DNA of 28,899 bases from Macrostomum lignano (lineage: Eukaryota). Under the pieces are notes generated by a model, which ran no database searches, was not told the origin of the DNA, and saw nothing but the letters and a program-made list of their open reading frames with translations. Within the stretch, counting starts at the first letter, position 1, and every line of letters begins with the position of its first letter. Of the stretch, positions 1 through 11,779 are shown piece after piece. The stretch is from contig NIVC01004998.1 of assembly GCA_002269645.1 (NCBI GenBank), positions 1-28,899 of the forward strand, given 5' to 3'. The translations under genes were made by a program, and so were the position numbers.

Positions 1-285
1 TAGCACTCCATGCTTTCCAATCCAGACTCCTATTAGCACTCCATGCTTCCAATCCAGACTCTATTAGCACTCCCATGCTTTCCAATCGACTCCTATTAGC
101 ACTCCATGCTTTCCAATCCAGACTCCTATTAGCACTCCATGCTTTCCAATCCAGAATCCTATTAGCACTCCATGCTATCCGATTCAGAATCCTAGTAGCT
201 CTCCATCCATGCTATCCGATCCAGACTCCTTTTAGCACTCCATGCTTTCTAATCCAAACTCCTATTAGCACTCCATGCTGTTCAA
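1..285. repeat. 33-bp minisatellite (TAGCACTCCATGCTTTCCAATCCAGACTCCTAT), ~8 copies, truncated by the window start
   Basis: Unit recurs at 1, 34, 65 and onward with small indels, decaying toward ~285. ORF 75..311 is a by-product. Confidence 0.95.
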
Positions 286-496
286 TCGAGACCGGCTGCG
301 TGATGCAGTGAGAACAATAATTTGTTAAGGTTTCTGTGTCGTTTATTTTAAGGAGGAATTCAACGTTAAGTTAATAGAATTCAAAAAGAAGAATTACAAC
401 GTAAACTAAAAGGCATAATAGCTACAACTTTTAAACAAAAGTACACACAGAATCGAACGAGCTGTCAATCACAAATGGCTCAGAATTTCCAATTGT

Positions 497-3400
497 TCAA
501 CGAGCACTCGGCGGTTTCATCTGCATGGTCTTGAAGAAGTCGCCGCCCCTGTACTTCTGCGCGGTTTCGGCCGCCTCAGGCCGGACGCGGGGCCCGGCAC
601 GCGCCGATGATGGCGCCGCGGCGCCAGTGATAACCAGCGACGCCGTGCCGCGATTCCTCGCCGCGTGTTCCTCTGCCAAGCCGGAGGTTGCCTTCGACTT
701 GCGCGGCGGTTCCGGTGCATATTCGAGCTGCCCAGCAGGGCTTTGGCGGCGTCGCCGCGGCCTTTGGCTGCGAGCTCCTTGGCTACGTCGGACTTTAGCG
801 CGCGCTCGTGCGTCTTGTGATCTTTCGGCGGAGCCCGGTAGTCTGTGTCGCCTAGGCAACTGTCCATGACGCCCCGGTTGCGCTCGGCCGCCTGTTTAGA
901 GTGATGGTGCGATAGGGGGACAATGGAATCAATATTTTCAGGAAGCCTGGGGCCACCCTGGCGCAAGGCCTTCGGTGACAGCGTCTCACAACCATTGCTG
1001 ACAGCAATTCTGCACCTTTTGTGCTCGTCTCGATAGACTAACAGAGGAAAAACAAACGAGTACTTAGGCAGGTAAGACTTTTGCCGGAAAACCAGAACAA
1101 GAGCTCCTTAGGACAACCCACGCTTATATTTGACATCTAACAATAAATTATTACACGATTAATAAATTAGAAACCCAAAATGTCACGTGATTCCAAAATA
1201 CATTATACGAATGATTTATGAACTGCACTACTTTAAGTAGAGTAGTAAGAAAAAATACCCTATTTAGTTAGTCAGAAAACGGCCCTTTTACGGGCTCCTT
1301 GCCACGACACAACACTTTGTGCCTTTGGGGGTTGGCCCTTATGGGTGTAAAAACCAGGACGAGATCCCGGAAAATTTTGGTGCCTCCAGGCTAAGTCAGC
1401 CTCCATCCACTCCCTGTTGAATAAATTCAAACAAAATAATCAATATGGGCCATTCCGTCAGTTAAATGCGCAGCTTTTATATCAGTAGTGCGTTGCAACA
1501 ATTGTCAGCATTTTGTTTCTGGAAAATTTTATAAGAAAACCAGTTCGTGTCAAGGTACTCAGCAACCTCAATACTGCTTTGGAAGAAAGCATGCTACTTT
1601 TGTCCTATCCCATTGATCCCACTCGAATCCCCATTGATTCCACCCAAACACCATTGATCCCACTCAAATCCCCATTGATTCCACCCAAACACCATTGATT
1701 CCACTCGAATCCCCATTGATTCCACTCAAAAACCATTGATCCCACTCGAATCCCCATTGATTCCACCCAAACACCATTGATCCCACTCGAATCCCCATTG
1801 ATTCCACCCAAACACCATTGATCCCACTCGAATCCCATTGATTCCACCAAACACCATTGATCCCACTCGAATCCCATTGATTCCACTCAAACATCATTGA
1901 TTCCACTCAAATCCCATTGATTCCACTCAAACATCATTGATCCCACTTGAATCCGCATTGATTCCACTCAAACATCATTGATCCCACTTGAATCCCATTG
2001 ATCCACTCACATTATTGGTCCACTCAAACATCATTGATCTCACTTGAATTCCACTGATCCCACTCAAACATCATTGATTCCACTTAAATCCCATCGATTA
2101 CACTTAAATCCAGTTAAATCCAAATAAAACCTGAGGGACCAAATTAAAAGCACCTCAATGATTTCATTCCCTTTAAAAGTACGGATCAAACTACACCAAC
2201 CTCCTGGGCGGGCCCGGACGAACTCTGGGCTGAGGCCGTGGCGAGCTGTACTGCCGGTTCTGTTCCTGGTTGAACCACTGCGACATCTGGCCTTTGGCTC
2301 GGTTGGCGAACTCTTCAGCCTCCGGCCTGGTCTTCCTGACAACCCGAGCATCCGCTGCCTGCTCGGCCGCCGATGCTGCCGACGAACTCACGCCGATGTG
2401 CCCGCGGGTGTTGCGCTGGTACACCTCCTGGGCCAAGTCGCCCTTCACCTTGGCGGCCGCGACTGGTGGCTCTTGGTGGCTGGCGCCGCGTGAATAATCA
2501 AAGCAGTCGCGCATCTGCGAGCCCTGCAGCGATCAGGTTCAATGTTGCAGCGCAGTGAGAAATTGGGATGGGTGAGATGGGGAGAGATAGTGAGAACGGA
2601 AAAGAGATAGGGGAAAGATTGAGAGAGATGAGGAGAGGTGAGATAAAGGAATTTTAGGAGAGTGTTTGCATGAGGCCAAGAAGGAAAGACTATAGAATAA
2701 GCTCTTAGTACGAGCTAGAAGATATAAGGAGGAATATCGAATACAGATGATAAACAATGAGAGTATTGGCGCTAATGAAGACTACCAAAATGTTTCAAAT
2801 CAACGATAAAGCATCGGCAGCGCTATTCAACTCTCAATTACCTTCGAAGAGGCCTCGTAGTTGGCCAACGAGCTGCTGGTGGGGCACCGGTGGCCGTACA
2901 CAGCAACACCATCCTCAGCCGGATCTACTTTGCGCGTCATCCAGTCAGTGCCAGTCCCGTGCCGGTTCCGCTCGGCGTATTCAGCGCCTTCGCCTCTAGT
3001 CCGGAGACGGGCGCGTTGAAGGCGCCGTAGTCGGTCGGGCGTCGTGTCGGTACCAGTCGGCCTGGGAGCGCATCGACCTGGCGATCTCGCGTCCAGCCTC
3101 GGACGTGCACTTTGGCCCGGGCGCCGCCTGCGGGTCCGGCTTCTTGTTGTGATCGAACCAGTCGCCCTCGCGAGCCTGGTTGGCACGCTGCATCAGCTCC
3201 ACATTAGACGGTGGATAAACTTTAACTGGACGCGGCTTCGGCCTGAACGCGTAATTTCCGTGGAAGTCGAACCACTTGTCCTCCTGGTTGTTGAACTTGT
3301 CGGCGATGCGTCTGGCGTCCTCGTCGCGCAGTCGAACTGGCGCCGGCGCGTCGTCCGGCGGCAGGCGGTAGTTGTGGAACACCTCGCCGACTGTCGGCTT

Positions 3401-6218
3401 GTTTCTGATGGTAAGAAGCAATGCTATGTAGCTAAATAATTTTGACTATAAGCAGCGATCTAGAGCCAGATAGCAGCTTCCAATTTACACATTTTACTGA
3501 ATTTACCGCAACTTCGGTTTGATTAAACGAGTTTTGTTAATTTGGCTTTATCCGACAAAAATATGCAATACGTATCTAACTGTGGTCACCCAGCTGACAT
3601 CGTCCTAGCACCAGTTGCGAGGCAATTCTGCTCATTCCGCCGACTCCTGAGCATATTAAACGCGACAATGCAGTTATGCAGGCACGCACTCATACATGCT
3701 CACACATACTCATACACAATCTCACGCATACTCATACACAATCTCATGCATACTCATACACAATCTCACGCATACTCATACACAATCTCACGCATACTCA
3801 TACACAATCTCACGCATACTCATACACAATCTCACGCATACTCATACACAATCTCACGCATACTCATACACAATCTCACGCATACTCATACACAATCTCA
3901 CACATACTCATACACAATCTCACGCATACTCATACACAATCTCACACATACTCCTACACAATCTCACGCATACTCATACACAATCTCACGCATACTCATA
4001 CACAGTCTCACGCATACTCATACACAATCTCACGCATACTCATACACAATCTCACGCATACTCATACACAATCTCACGCATACTCATACACAATCTCACG
4101 CATACTCATACACAATCTCACGCATACTCATACACAATCTCACGCATACTCATACACAGTCTCACGCATACTCATACACAATCTCACGCATACTCATACA
4201 CAATCTCACGCATACTCATACACAATCTCACACATACTCATACACAATCTCACGCATACTCATACACAATCTCACGCATACTCATACACAATCTCACGCA
4301 TACTCATACACAATCTCACGCATACTCATACACAATCTCACGCATACTCATACACAATCTCACGCATACTCATACACAATCTCACGCATACTCATACACA
4401 ATCTCACGCATACTCATACACAATCTCACGCATACTCATACACAATCTCACACATACTCATACACAATCTCACGCATACTCATACACAATCTCACACATA
4501 CTCCTACACAATCTCACGCATACTCATACACAATCTCACGCATACTCATACACAGTCTCACGCATACTCATACACAATCTCACGCATACTCATACACAAT
4601 CTCACGCATACTCATACACAATCTCACGCATACTCATACACAATCTCACGCATACTCATACACAATCTCATGCATACTCATACACAATCTCACGCATACT
4701 TATACATGCTCACGCATACTCATACACAATCTTACGCATACTCATACACAGTCTCACGCATACTCATACACAATCTCCCGCATACTCATACACAATCTCA
4801 CGCATACTCATACACAATCTCACGCATACTCATACACAATCTCACGCATACTCATACACAATCTCACGCATACTCATACACAATCTCACACATACTCATA
4901 CACAATCTCACGCATACTCATACACAATCTCACGCATACTCATACACAATCTCACGCATACTCATACACAATCTCACGCATACTCATACACAATCTCACG
5001 CATACTCATACACAATCTCACACATACTCATACACAATCTCACGCATACTCATACACAATCTCACGCATACTCATACACAATCTCACGCATACTCATACA
5101 CAATCTCACGCATACTCATACACAATCTCACGCATACTCATACACAATCTCACGCATACTCATACACAATCTCACGCATACTCATACACAGTCTCACGCA
5201 TACTCATACACAATCTCACGCATACTCATACATGCTCACGCATACTCATACACAATCTCACGCATACTCATACACAATCTCACGCATACTCATACATGCT
5301 CACGCATACTCATACACAATCTCACGCATACTCATACACAATCTCACGCATACTCATACACAATCTTACGCATACTCATACACAGTCTCACGCATACTCA
5401 TACACAATCTCACGCATACTCATACATGCTCACGCATACTCATACACAATCTCACGCATACTCAAACACAATCTCACGCATACTCATACACAGTCTCACG
5501 CATACTCATACACAATCTCACGCATACTCATACACAATCTCACGCATACTCATACACAGTCTCACGCATACTCATACACAATCTCACGCATACTCATACA
5601 CAATCTCACGCATACTCATACACAATGTCACGCATACTCATACACAATCTCACGCATACTCATACACAATCTCACGCATACTCATACACAATCTCACACA
5701 TACTCATACACAATCTCACACATACTCATACACAATCTCACGCATACTCATACACAATCTCACGCATACTCATACACAATCTCACGCATACTCACGCAGG
5801 GTGTACAGCAGCCCTGACTTTCTAATCATCAGGCATGTACACTCTCTGTGTCTTCGGGGTTGACCCGTCGTGAGTTAAAAACGCAGACAACCTCTCAGCC
5901 AATTGTTTGGCGCTCACAAGCCACAAATGAATGCGGCCGCGCGCGGAATCGAACCAGGGATCGCGGCGTGAGAGACACGCCACTCCAACATTCCATGAGT
6001 CAAATGGTTATATAAATCAGCTACCCGATGAGATATTTAGCCGAGAAAAAATATTTTAAAAACGCACTTTTGAGCAATCTCCTGAGCCTCGGGCCGAACC
6101 CGCGCGCTGGCTGCGGCTCTCGATAATCGGCCTTGTGCTGAAACCATTGGCCCGGATTGCCGCGATTCTTCAAATAGTTGCTCTGCGCCTGGTCCTTAGA
6201 CGATTCCACTAGCGCCAT
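497..6218 (-). CDS. Uncharacterised repeat protein, paralog A (~517 aa after correcting four 1-nt deletions), about 14 copies of a ~35-aa PRVRPEA..A..NRG repeat
   Basis: Exons 6218-6068, 3404-2842, 2523-2201 and 1009-497 have GT..AG boundaries and compatible phases (2,0,2). ATG at 6218, TGA at 499-497. Exon sum is 1550 nt, and adding the 4 missing nt gives 518 codons. ORF-track pieces 6021..6308, 2996..3421, 2827..3186, 2191..2514, 517..966 and 497..859 are parts of it. Could be a pseudogene if the frameshifts are real. Confidence 0.75.
1277..1375 (-). mobile_element. Fragment of SINE family 1
   Basis: AAAACGGCCCT...CTTTGGGGGTTGGCCCTTATGGGT matches 12015-12088 (AAAACGGCCCT...CTTTGGGGGTTGGCCCTCATGGGT). 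Confidence 0.6.
1607..2110. repeat. ~19-21-bp minisatellite with two alternating subunits (CCATTGATCCCACTCGAATCC / CCATTGATTCCACCCAAACA), intron 3 of paralog A
   Basis: CCATTGAT core recurs about every 20 bp and the A/B alternation gives a ~40-bp higher-order period. Confidence 0.95.
3600..5997 (-). mobile_element. tRNA-derived SINE (family 1) copy interrupted by a 2.1-kb minisatellite
   Basis: On the minus strand: A-box-like sequence at 5995-5985 and B box GGTTCGATTCC at 5955-5945. 5793-5876 aligns to 12005-12088, and 3619-3653 aligns to the reverse complements of 10448-10479 and 11882-11917. Confidence 0.75.
3690..5795. repeat. 22-bp minisatellite (CTCACGCATACTCATACACAAT), ~95 copies
   Basis: Near-perfect tandem unit. 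It has no plus-strand stop and its period is not divisible by 3, which explains the three 700+ aa ORFs. Confidence 0.99.
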
Positions 6219-6964
6219 GCTAATGTGACTATTGATTAACCTTACCTTTAGTATTGAACTATAATAATACCAGATCACAACTCGAATACACGGCAAGTAA
6301 GCAGGCACAGTTTGCTGCTCTATCTATTGTACTCGCAGCTCTGAATTCCAACTAGACTTAGGAGGCGGGGAGAGGGCTGAGAGGAGGGGCAAAGCAAATG
6401 AATGGAGCGACAGTGAGTCAGTGCAGCTCTCACGAACACACCTGGCTGCTCAGTGACAACCCCGCTCGTAGAGCTCTCCACCATCCCTTTCTCTCTCTCT
6501 CTCTCCCGCTTACCGTCACAGTCTTACTACCCCAAAAAGGGTAGAAAGGTGGTCCCCCTAGCAACATGGGGTTGGCTACAGATAGGGCGACAGTACGCAG
6601 CCTCTTTCTATAATGTCTGTCTCTCTTTCTGTGCTCACGCGCATGCAATCTCTCTCTCCCTCTATTCCAGCAGTGCGCTAAGGCAAAAGCAGCAAAGGGG
6701 TGGCCGCATAACACCGGTAGGCAATAAGACTTAAATGAGGCACTGCAGTCAGTGTACGTACGTTTTGCTGCTGAGCGATCGAGGCGGCTCCAAGGGTGTG
6801 TATTTCCTGCCGCTGTCAAGAAAGCCAGAACGGTCGACCCGAAAGCCGAACGCCTCTCTCTTCGCAGTTTATTTAGTCAAACAAATAAGAAAGGCTACAA
6901 AGAAGCGGAGAACTTATTTGGAATTTGAACGGCTTTGGACTCCAAAGCCGCAGCAGATAGTCAT
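6219..6964. promoter_or_regulatory. Putative bidirectional promoter / 5' UTR region between divergent paralogs
   Basis: ~750 bp separate the two outward-facing ATGs. Contains GA- and CT-rich tracts (6360-6400, 6486-6510, 6620-6665). No core promoter element identified with certainty. Confidence 0.4.
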
Positions 6965-9150
6965 ATGGCTTCAATCAGCAGAACAAACGGCAATCAAAAC
7001 GGCCTTGGCGTCTATGGAAGGACCATGAAAACCTCAGTAGACTTTGCTGAAGATTACTATCAGCCGGACAAATACGGTTTCAAGCTGCACGGAGCCCCTG
7101 AAAGCAACGGTTTTGGCGCTACAACCGAGCCAAAGAAGCGCAGCAAGCCCATTAAAGTGCACAGCCCGAAGGTTCGCACCGGCTGGGACAAGGCAGCCGT
7201 TGTGGCAAACGGTGAACGCTCGCGCAGCAGCGCCGTGAAAGCGAACTTCGACTACAGGCCAGAGAATGCCGAACGCACCGAGAAGCAGCAGCCAAGGGGC
7301 AGCGCCATCGACGGCAGGTTCGCCGAAATCCAGCGCAAGCAGACGCACACTGAGATGGACAAAGTACTCAATCCGAGCAAGGAGCGCTTCTACCAGCCAG
7401 AGATGAATCCCAAGTGTCCGACCGAGGACAGCAAGGAGTTCTACAGGCGCAACCAGAGAGGCACGTACGGATTCATGGAGCCGCCCAGGGCCAACTACCC
7501 CACGGACGAACCCGGCAAGGTGCGCTGTCCATCCGCAGCGGCCCGGGAGAATCTGGAGAAGGGCCGCGGAATGGCTGGCCGGCTCATTCACCAAGAGGAG
7601 CGGTCGCGCACACCGCCGCCCAGCCTTCGCCTCGGCGCGTCGCAGGAGAGCCGCGAGAACTACGACCGATCGCGCGGCGGCTGCATGTCGGCCGTGTTCA
7701 ACCAGTCGGAGAACATTCGGGCCGGTGCGCAGGACCCGGCCCCGGCCGGTCGCGTGATCAAAGGCGAAGCGGCCGAGCAGAACGCGTCTAGGAATCGCGG
7801 CCAAACTGCGCAGCTGTTTGCGCCCGGTCGCGGCGCTCAGCCGGATCCGCAGCCGGCGCCGCGCGTGCGGCCTGAGGCGCAGGAGACGGCGGCCAGAGAG
7901 GGCGCCGGGATGCGGGGCACCTTCTACGGCGGGCCGCAGACGGAGCCGCAGCCGGCGCCGAGGGTTCGGCTGGGCGGTGGCGAGGTGGCCAGCAAGCTGC
8001 AGGGTACACTGACTAGCGAGCAGTACAACTATCGGCAGATGCCTCCCGATCCGCCACCTGCACCGAAAGTGCGACCTGAGGCTCAGGTATGTCTCTCTTT
8101 GAGGTGGTGTGAATTAAAAGACGCATTAAACCATACCTATATAGGTACGTGCACTTTTCGGAAGTGAGGCTTTGGTAGAAATTTCAGTTCCCTAGCAACA
8201 TATTAGACGGGCCAAATGCAAATTCTCAAATGGGCCTGCTGAGATGTTAATGCTCAAATGAGTTGATGTGATGCCAATGCTCAAGTGAGTTGATTTATGT
8301 GATGCCAATGCTCAAGTGAGTTGATCGATGTGATGCCAATGCTCAAGTGAGTTGATTGATGTGATGCCAATGCTCAAGTGAGTTGATCGATGTGATGCCA
8401 ATGCTCAAGTGAGTTGATTGATGTGATGCCAATGCTCAAGTGAGTTGATCGATGTGATGCCAATGCTCAAGTGAGTTGATCGATGTGATGCCAATGCTCA
8501 AGTGAGTTGATCGATGTGATGCCAATGCTCAAATGAGTTGATGTGATGCCAATGCTCAAGTGAGTTGATTGATGTGATGCCAGTGCTCAAGTGAGTTGAT
8601 CGATGTGATGCCAATGCTCAAGTGAGTTGATGTGATGCCAATGCTCAAGTGAGTTGATCGATGTGATGCCAATGCTCAAGTGAGTTGATCGATGTGATGC
8701 CAATGCTCAAGTGAGTTGATCGATGTGATGCCAATGCTCAAATGAGTTGATGTGATGCCAATGCTTAAATGAGGGCTGTTTAGATCGAAAATTCGACTGG
8801 AAAATGTTCGAGTCAAAAATTTATTTTACATGTAAAAGTATACATCATACAATTGAGTCTATTTAAAGTTTTTGTCTCAAAAGGGTTTACGTGCAAATTT
8901 TCGCATTCGCAAAGTTTTCATTCCTTTGTCTCACACGCAGGAGTACGCCAACAGGGAGCGAGCGGTGGTGACGAAGAACCTTCTGCAGAAGTACGGCCAG
9001 CTGCCATCGGACTTGCCGCCGAAGCCGCACGTGCCACCGCAGGCGTGGAACACGGCCTATAGATCGAGGGGCAGCGCCATGAAGGACTGCATCAATCCAA
9101 GCAAGCCGAGGCGAGTCCGGCGGCACAGGAGGCCCGTTTCCGCGCACTGA
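6965..9150 (+). CDS. Uncharacterised repeat protein, paralog B (443 aa), about 10 copies of the same ~35-aa repeat
   Basis: Exon 1 is 6965-8086 (ATG GCT TCA..., donor CAG|GTATGT). Exon 2 is 8941-9150 (acceptor CACGCAG|GAG, TGA). The phase-0 splice completes a repeat: PPPAPKVRPEAQ|EYANRER. No frameshifts. The start codon choice (6965 vs 7025) is uncertain. Confidence 0.85.
8247..8772. repeat. 31-bp minisatellite (GATGTGATGCCAATGCTCAAGTGAGTTGAT[C/T]) with 27-bp deletion variants, ~17 copies, intron of paralog B
   Basis: Direct tandem repetition, some units lacking 4 nt. Confidence 0.97.
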
Positions 9151-9310
9151 GCTGCGTTGGGATTCTAAGAAACGAGCTCCGTTTCTGTTTTTGGTTAAAC
9201 ACGCGTGCATTGACAGCTAAATGGCTATGACGCTTTTATACTGCTTGCAGCGAGCGTAATAACAGGCAGACATATTAATCATCAAAGTTTGAATATGTAT
9301 AACTGATTTG

Positions 9311-9495
9311 AGGGGTTCGAGCCTGGTGGTTGGGGCGTGTAATTGAGGGTGTGTGTGGCAACCCCCCCCCCCCCCCAGTCCTTGGACTGAACAGCCGTAC
9401 GCAGCCTTCAGATGCGCCGCGCAATAGCTGTGGCTGAGCTGTCGGTTGCACATCTGCCTATTAGGGCAGGTGTAATCAATTGTTATATTTATTAC
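9311..9495 (+). mobile_element. SINE family 2 copy lacking the CORE-like segment
   Basis: B-box-like GGTTCGAGCC near 9314. CCAGTCCTTGGACTGAACAGCCGTACGCAGCCTTCAGA and TTGCACATCTGC..TTAGGG..TGTAATCAATT match the reverse complement of 21375-21475. Confidence 0.75.
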
Positions 9496-10195
9496 CAATT
9501 AATTTGAACTATTGACACATTTTGTGATCTAATTTATTCCCAAAATGATTAGATTTTCATTCTGGCTGAACGACATCAAGTCGGGACTTTCGGGATGCTA
9601 AAGGAAATTCGATGTCACTATATTAACTACTGCAAGTATAATATATGCATTCTTTAATAGCATCAGATACGTCAGTAAAAGACCACTTGATATAGATTGT
9701 TTTTTAATCATTTTAACTAGTTTACAGTTGTTTTTGTGCCTTAGTTTTTTCCTGCTCCGTCCGACCTTTTTAAAAATCCTCTTTACTAAAGAAGGCTATT
9801 TGATTTTATTTAACTACAATTAACAAACTGGGTAACTTATTTTGTCATTTCTCTGTCAGAGTAGGTCTACCAAGGGGCTACGTTGGTTGACACTGTTTTT
9901 TTATGGCTTTAAATCCTTTATTTGCCCCCTCCTGCACTTTTGTCGGAATCAAAACAACTCTGTCATATCCTTAATTGTTTAAATGTTTGCTTGTCGTGTC
10001 AGAAAATATATACATACGAGCTACATGTATGCTAATTTTATGTACACTGTAGCACACCCGTTATTAAATATTTGAACTGAGTGCGTTGACCCGCGGCAGT
10101 TAGGTGACAAAACATAAGCCTTTATTTTCAAGAATATGCGTATATTAGCTGCTAACCGCAACCAAATTGGCTTAATTTTCATGTGCTATGTGAAG

Positions 10196-10558
10196 GAGGC
10201 CGTAGCCCAGCGGTAGCGCAGCTGCTCTGGTGTGCTAGCGACCCAGGCTCGATTCCAAGTGCAGTCACATTAATTTGGGGCTGATTTGGAATCTCGGCTT
10301 GGCTCTGCTCGTGCAATTAGCGGCCTTGAGATCCAACCCCCCAAGGCGCAGTGAAGTGTACATGCCTAACGATAAAAATAAAGTTAGGGCCGTTGTACAC
10401 TCCTGTGTGAGTGTTTGCCTGCGTACGTATCCCCGTGCTTGTATGCCTGCTCAGGGGAGTCGGCGGAATGGGCAGTAATGGTTCTCGCCGGTTGTGTGCC
10501 TATGTCGCTTAAAGTGCGCCAGGATGCACACAACCCCCGTGCCTCTAATAAAAAAAAC
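10196..10558 (+). mobile_element. tRNA-derived SINE family 1, apparently full length
   Basis: A box TAGCCCAGCGG at 10203 and B box GGCTCGATTCC at 10246. The body matches other copies (reverse complement of 11950-12162). A-rich end at 10547-10558. Confidence 0.75.
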
Positions 10559-11332
10559 ATGTGCTAGGTGAACTTGCTTGACTTGATAAGAAAGCAGTTC
10601 TTAAAATACAAGCGTTTTAACAGCTTTAGTACCGTCAATTGGATAAAATAGCTGCTTGATTAAGTAGACAAGTATAAATGTATTTAGCTCAGGGTTGTTG
10701 CGGGGTTGTTGCATACCGGTAGAGTGCACATTAGTTTTAACTGCTTTCCCGTTAATCTGTCAGAATAAATCCCCCGAAGGGAATAGCTTTGTTTAATTTT
10801 AATTTTGGACGACCCCTTCAGAGAAGAAAAAGTTTATTAGGTTTCTTTCGGGAAATTGTAGAGATCGAACAAGCTTACAGAACTCCCTTAGGAATTTCGA
10901 TTCCGGAAATTATATCCTGATGCAGTAAACATTTTATCATCACGCTTCTTGTGCAAGTGTACATTTGATATGTATATTTTCTACGCATTTCTGTAAAGAA
11001 TTAACAATGAGCAAGACGAAACGACCACTTATTGTCTTAGCAAAGAATTCACAGCAACAACCGTACTCAACTCTTTCTTGCTTCTAAGCCCAGTAACATT
11101 CAGGCATTAACAGCAATCGATTCTCTTGCATAAGGTTCAGGGTAAGCATGGTTGAGCTAACATAGCCGAGCTTAAGCCAAATATATCGATTCAAACGTTT
11201 CTGCCATTGAACTCGAGGGAAACAGCGTGGACGCGCAGAAAACGGCGTATAAAGCTACGCTCTCTACCGGGACTAATCTGCTAGCGCCAACTCCTAGGTT
11301 AAACAGTGCAGATCCTCCAATAGTGTCCGAGA

Positions 11333-11698
11333 ATGTCCACTGGTGAACAAGCGGCCGCGAGCGACGATTCGAAGTCGAAAATCAAACAGCGATTGGAGCT
11401 GGTCAGCTGGATAGCCGTGGCTCTCATCTTGGCTGGACTCGTCGTGGTGGTTGTTGGCTTCGCTGTGCCCACTCACTATGAAGAGCAGGATAACCTCACT
11501 GCCAGACAGAATGAGCGCAATGTTATTTACTATTATCAGCTGAGAAAAAAGATGATCAACTGCGTCATGGCCGGCATCGTGTTGCTGACGCTGGGTTCAA
11601 TTGTTCTGTCTTCGGCGCTATCGACCAATTTGGCTTTGCCGTACTGCAACTGCACCGGGACAGCTGCTGCGGACAAAAAACCAGCTGCTGATGGCTGA
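11333..11698 (+). CDS. TMEM74/neurensin-family-like two-pass membrane protein (121 aa)
   Basis: Two hydrophobic helices (WIAVALILAGLVVVVVGFAVP; CVMAGIVLLTLGSIVLSSAL). The loop ARQNER and second-helix CV.AG..LLTLG..LS pattern resemble TMEM74 as recalled from memory. Possible 5'-UTR intron donor G|GTAAGC at 11142. Confidence 0.65.
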   Translation: MSTGEQAAASDDSKSKIKQRLELVSWIAVALILAGLVVVVVGFAVPTHYEEQDNLTARQNERNVIYYYQLRKKMINCVMAGIVLLTLGSIVLSSALSTNLALPYCNCTGTAAADKKPAADG

Positions 11699-11779
11699 TG
11701 CATACGAAAGACTACTAGACTTGTATGTACTACTAAAGTAAAAGGACGTTATTTATACGGTTGCAGATCGTGCAGCTTG

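Noticed and set aside
2359-2391. 33-nt in-frame GTGAGT...CAG mini-intron in exon 3 of paralog A
   Set aside because: Retention gives 39-aa repeat spacing (typical), removal gives 28. Treated as coding, though RNA-seq could show an exitron.
3542-5863. Three 709-773 aa His/Thr/Ser-rich ORFs
   Set aside because: They result from a stop-free 22-bp repeat read in all three frames, lying in an intron of the opposite-strand gene and inside a SINE.
5935-5997. tRNA gene (Glu/Asp-like); likewise 10196-10270 and 21545-21598
   Set aside because: A/B boxes are present, but I could not fold a proper acceptor stem or cloverleaf and each continues into a SINE body.
6220-6245. 26-nt GTAAG...TAG intron just before the ATG of paralog A
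   Set aside because: Probably too short to splice. The acceptor may be used with a further upstream donor that I could not identify.
11685-11712. Hammerhead ribozyme core (CTGATG...CGAAA)
   Set aside because: Lacks CUGANGA and stem II, and no flanking stems were found.
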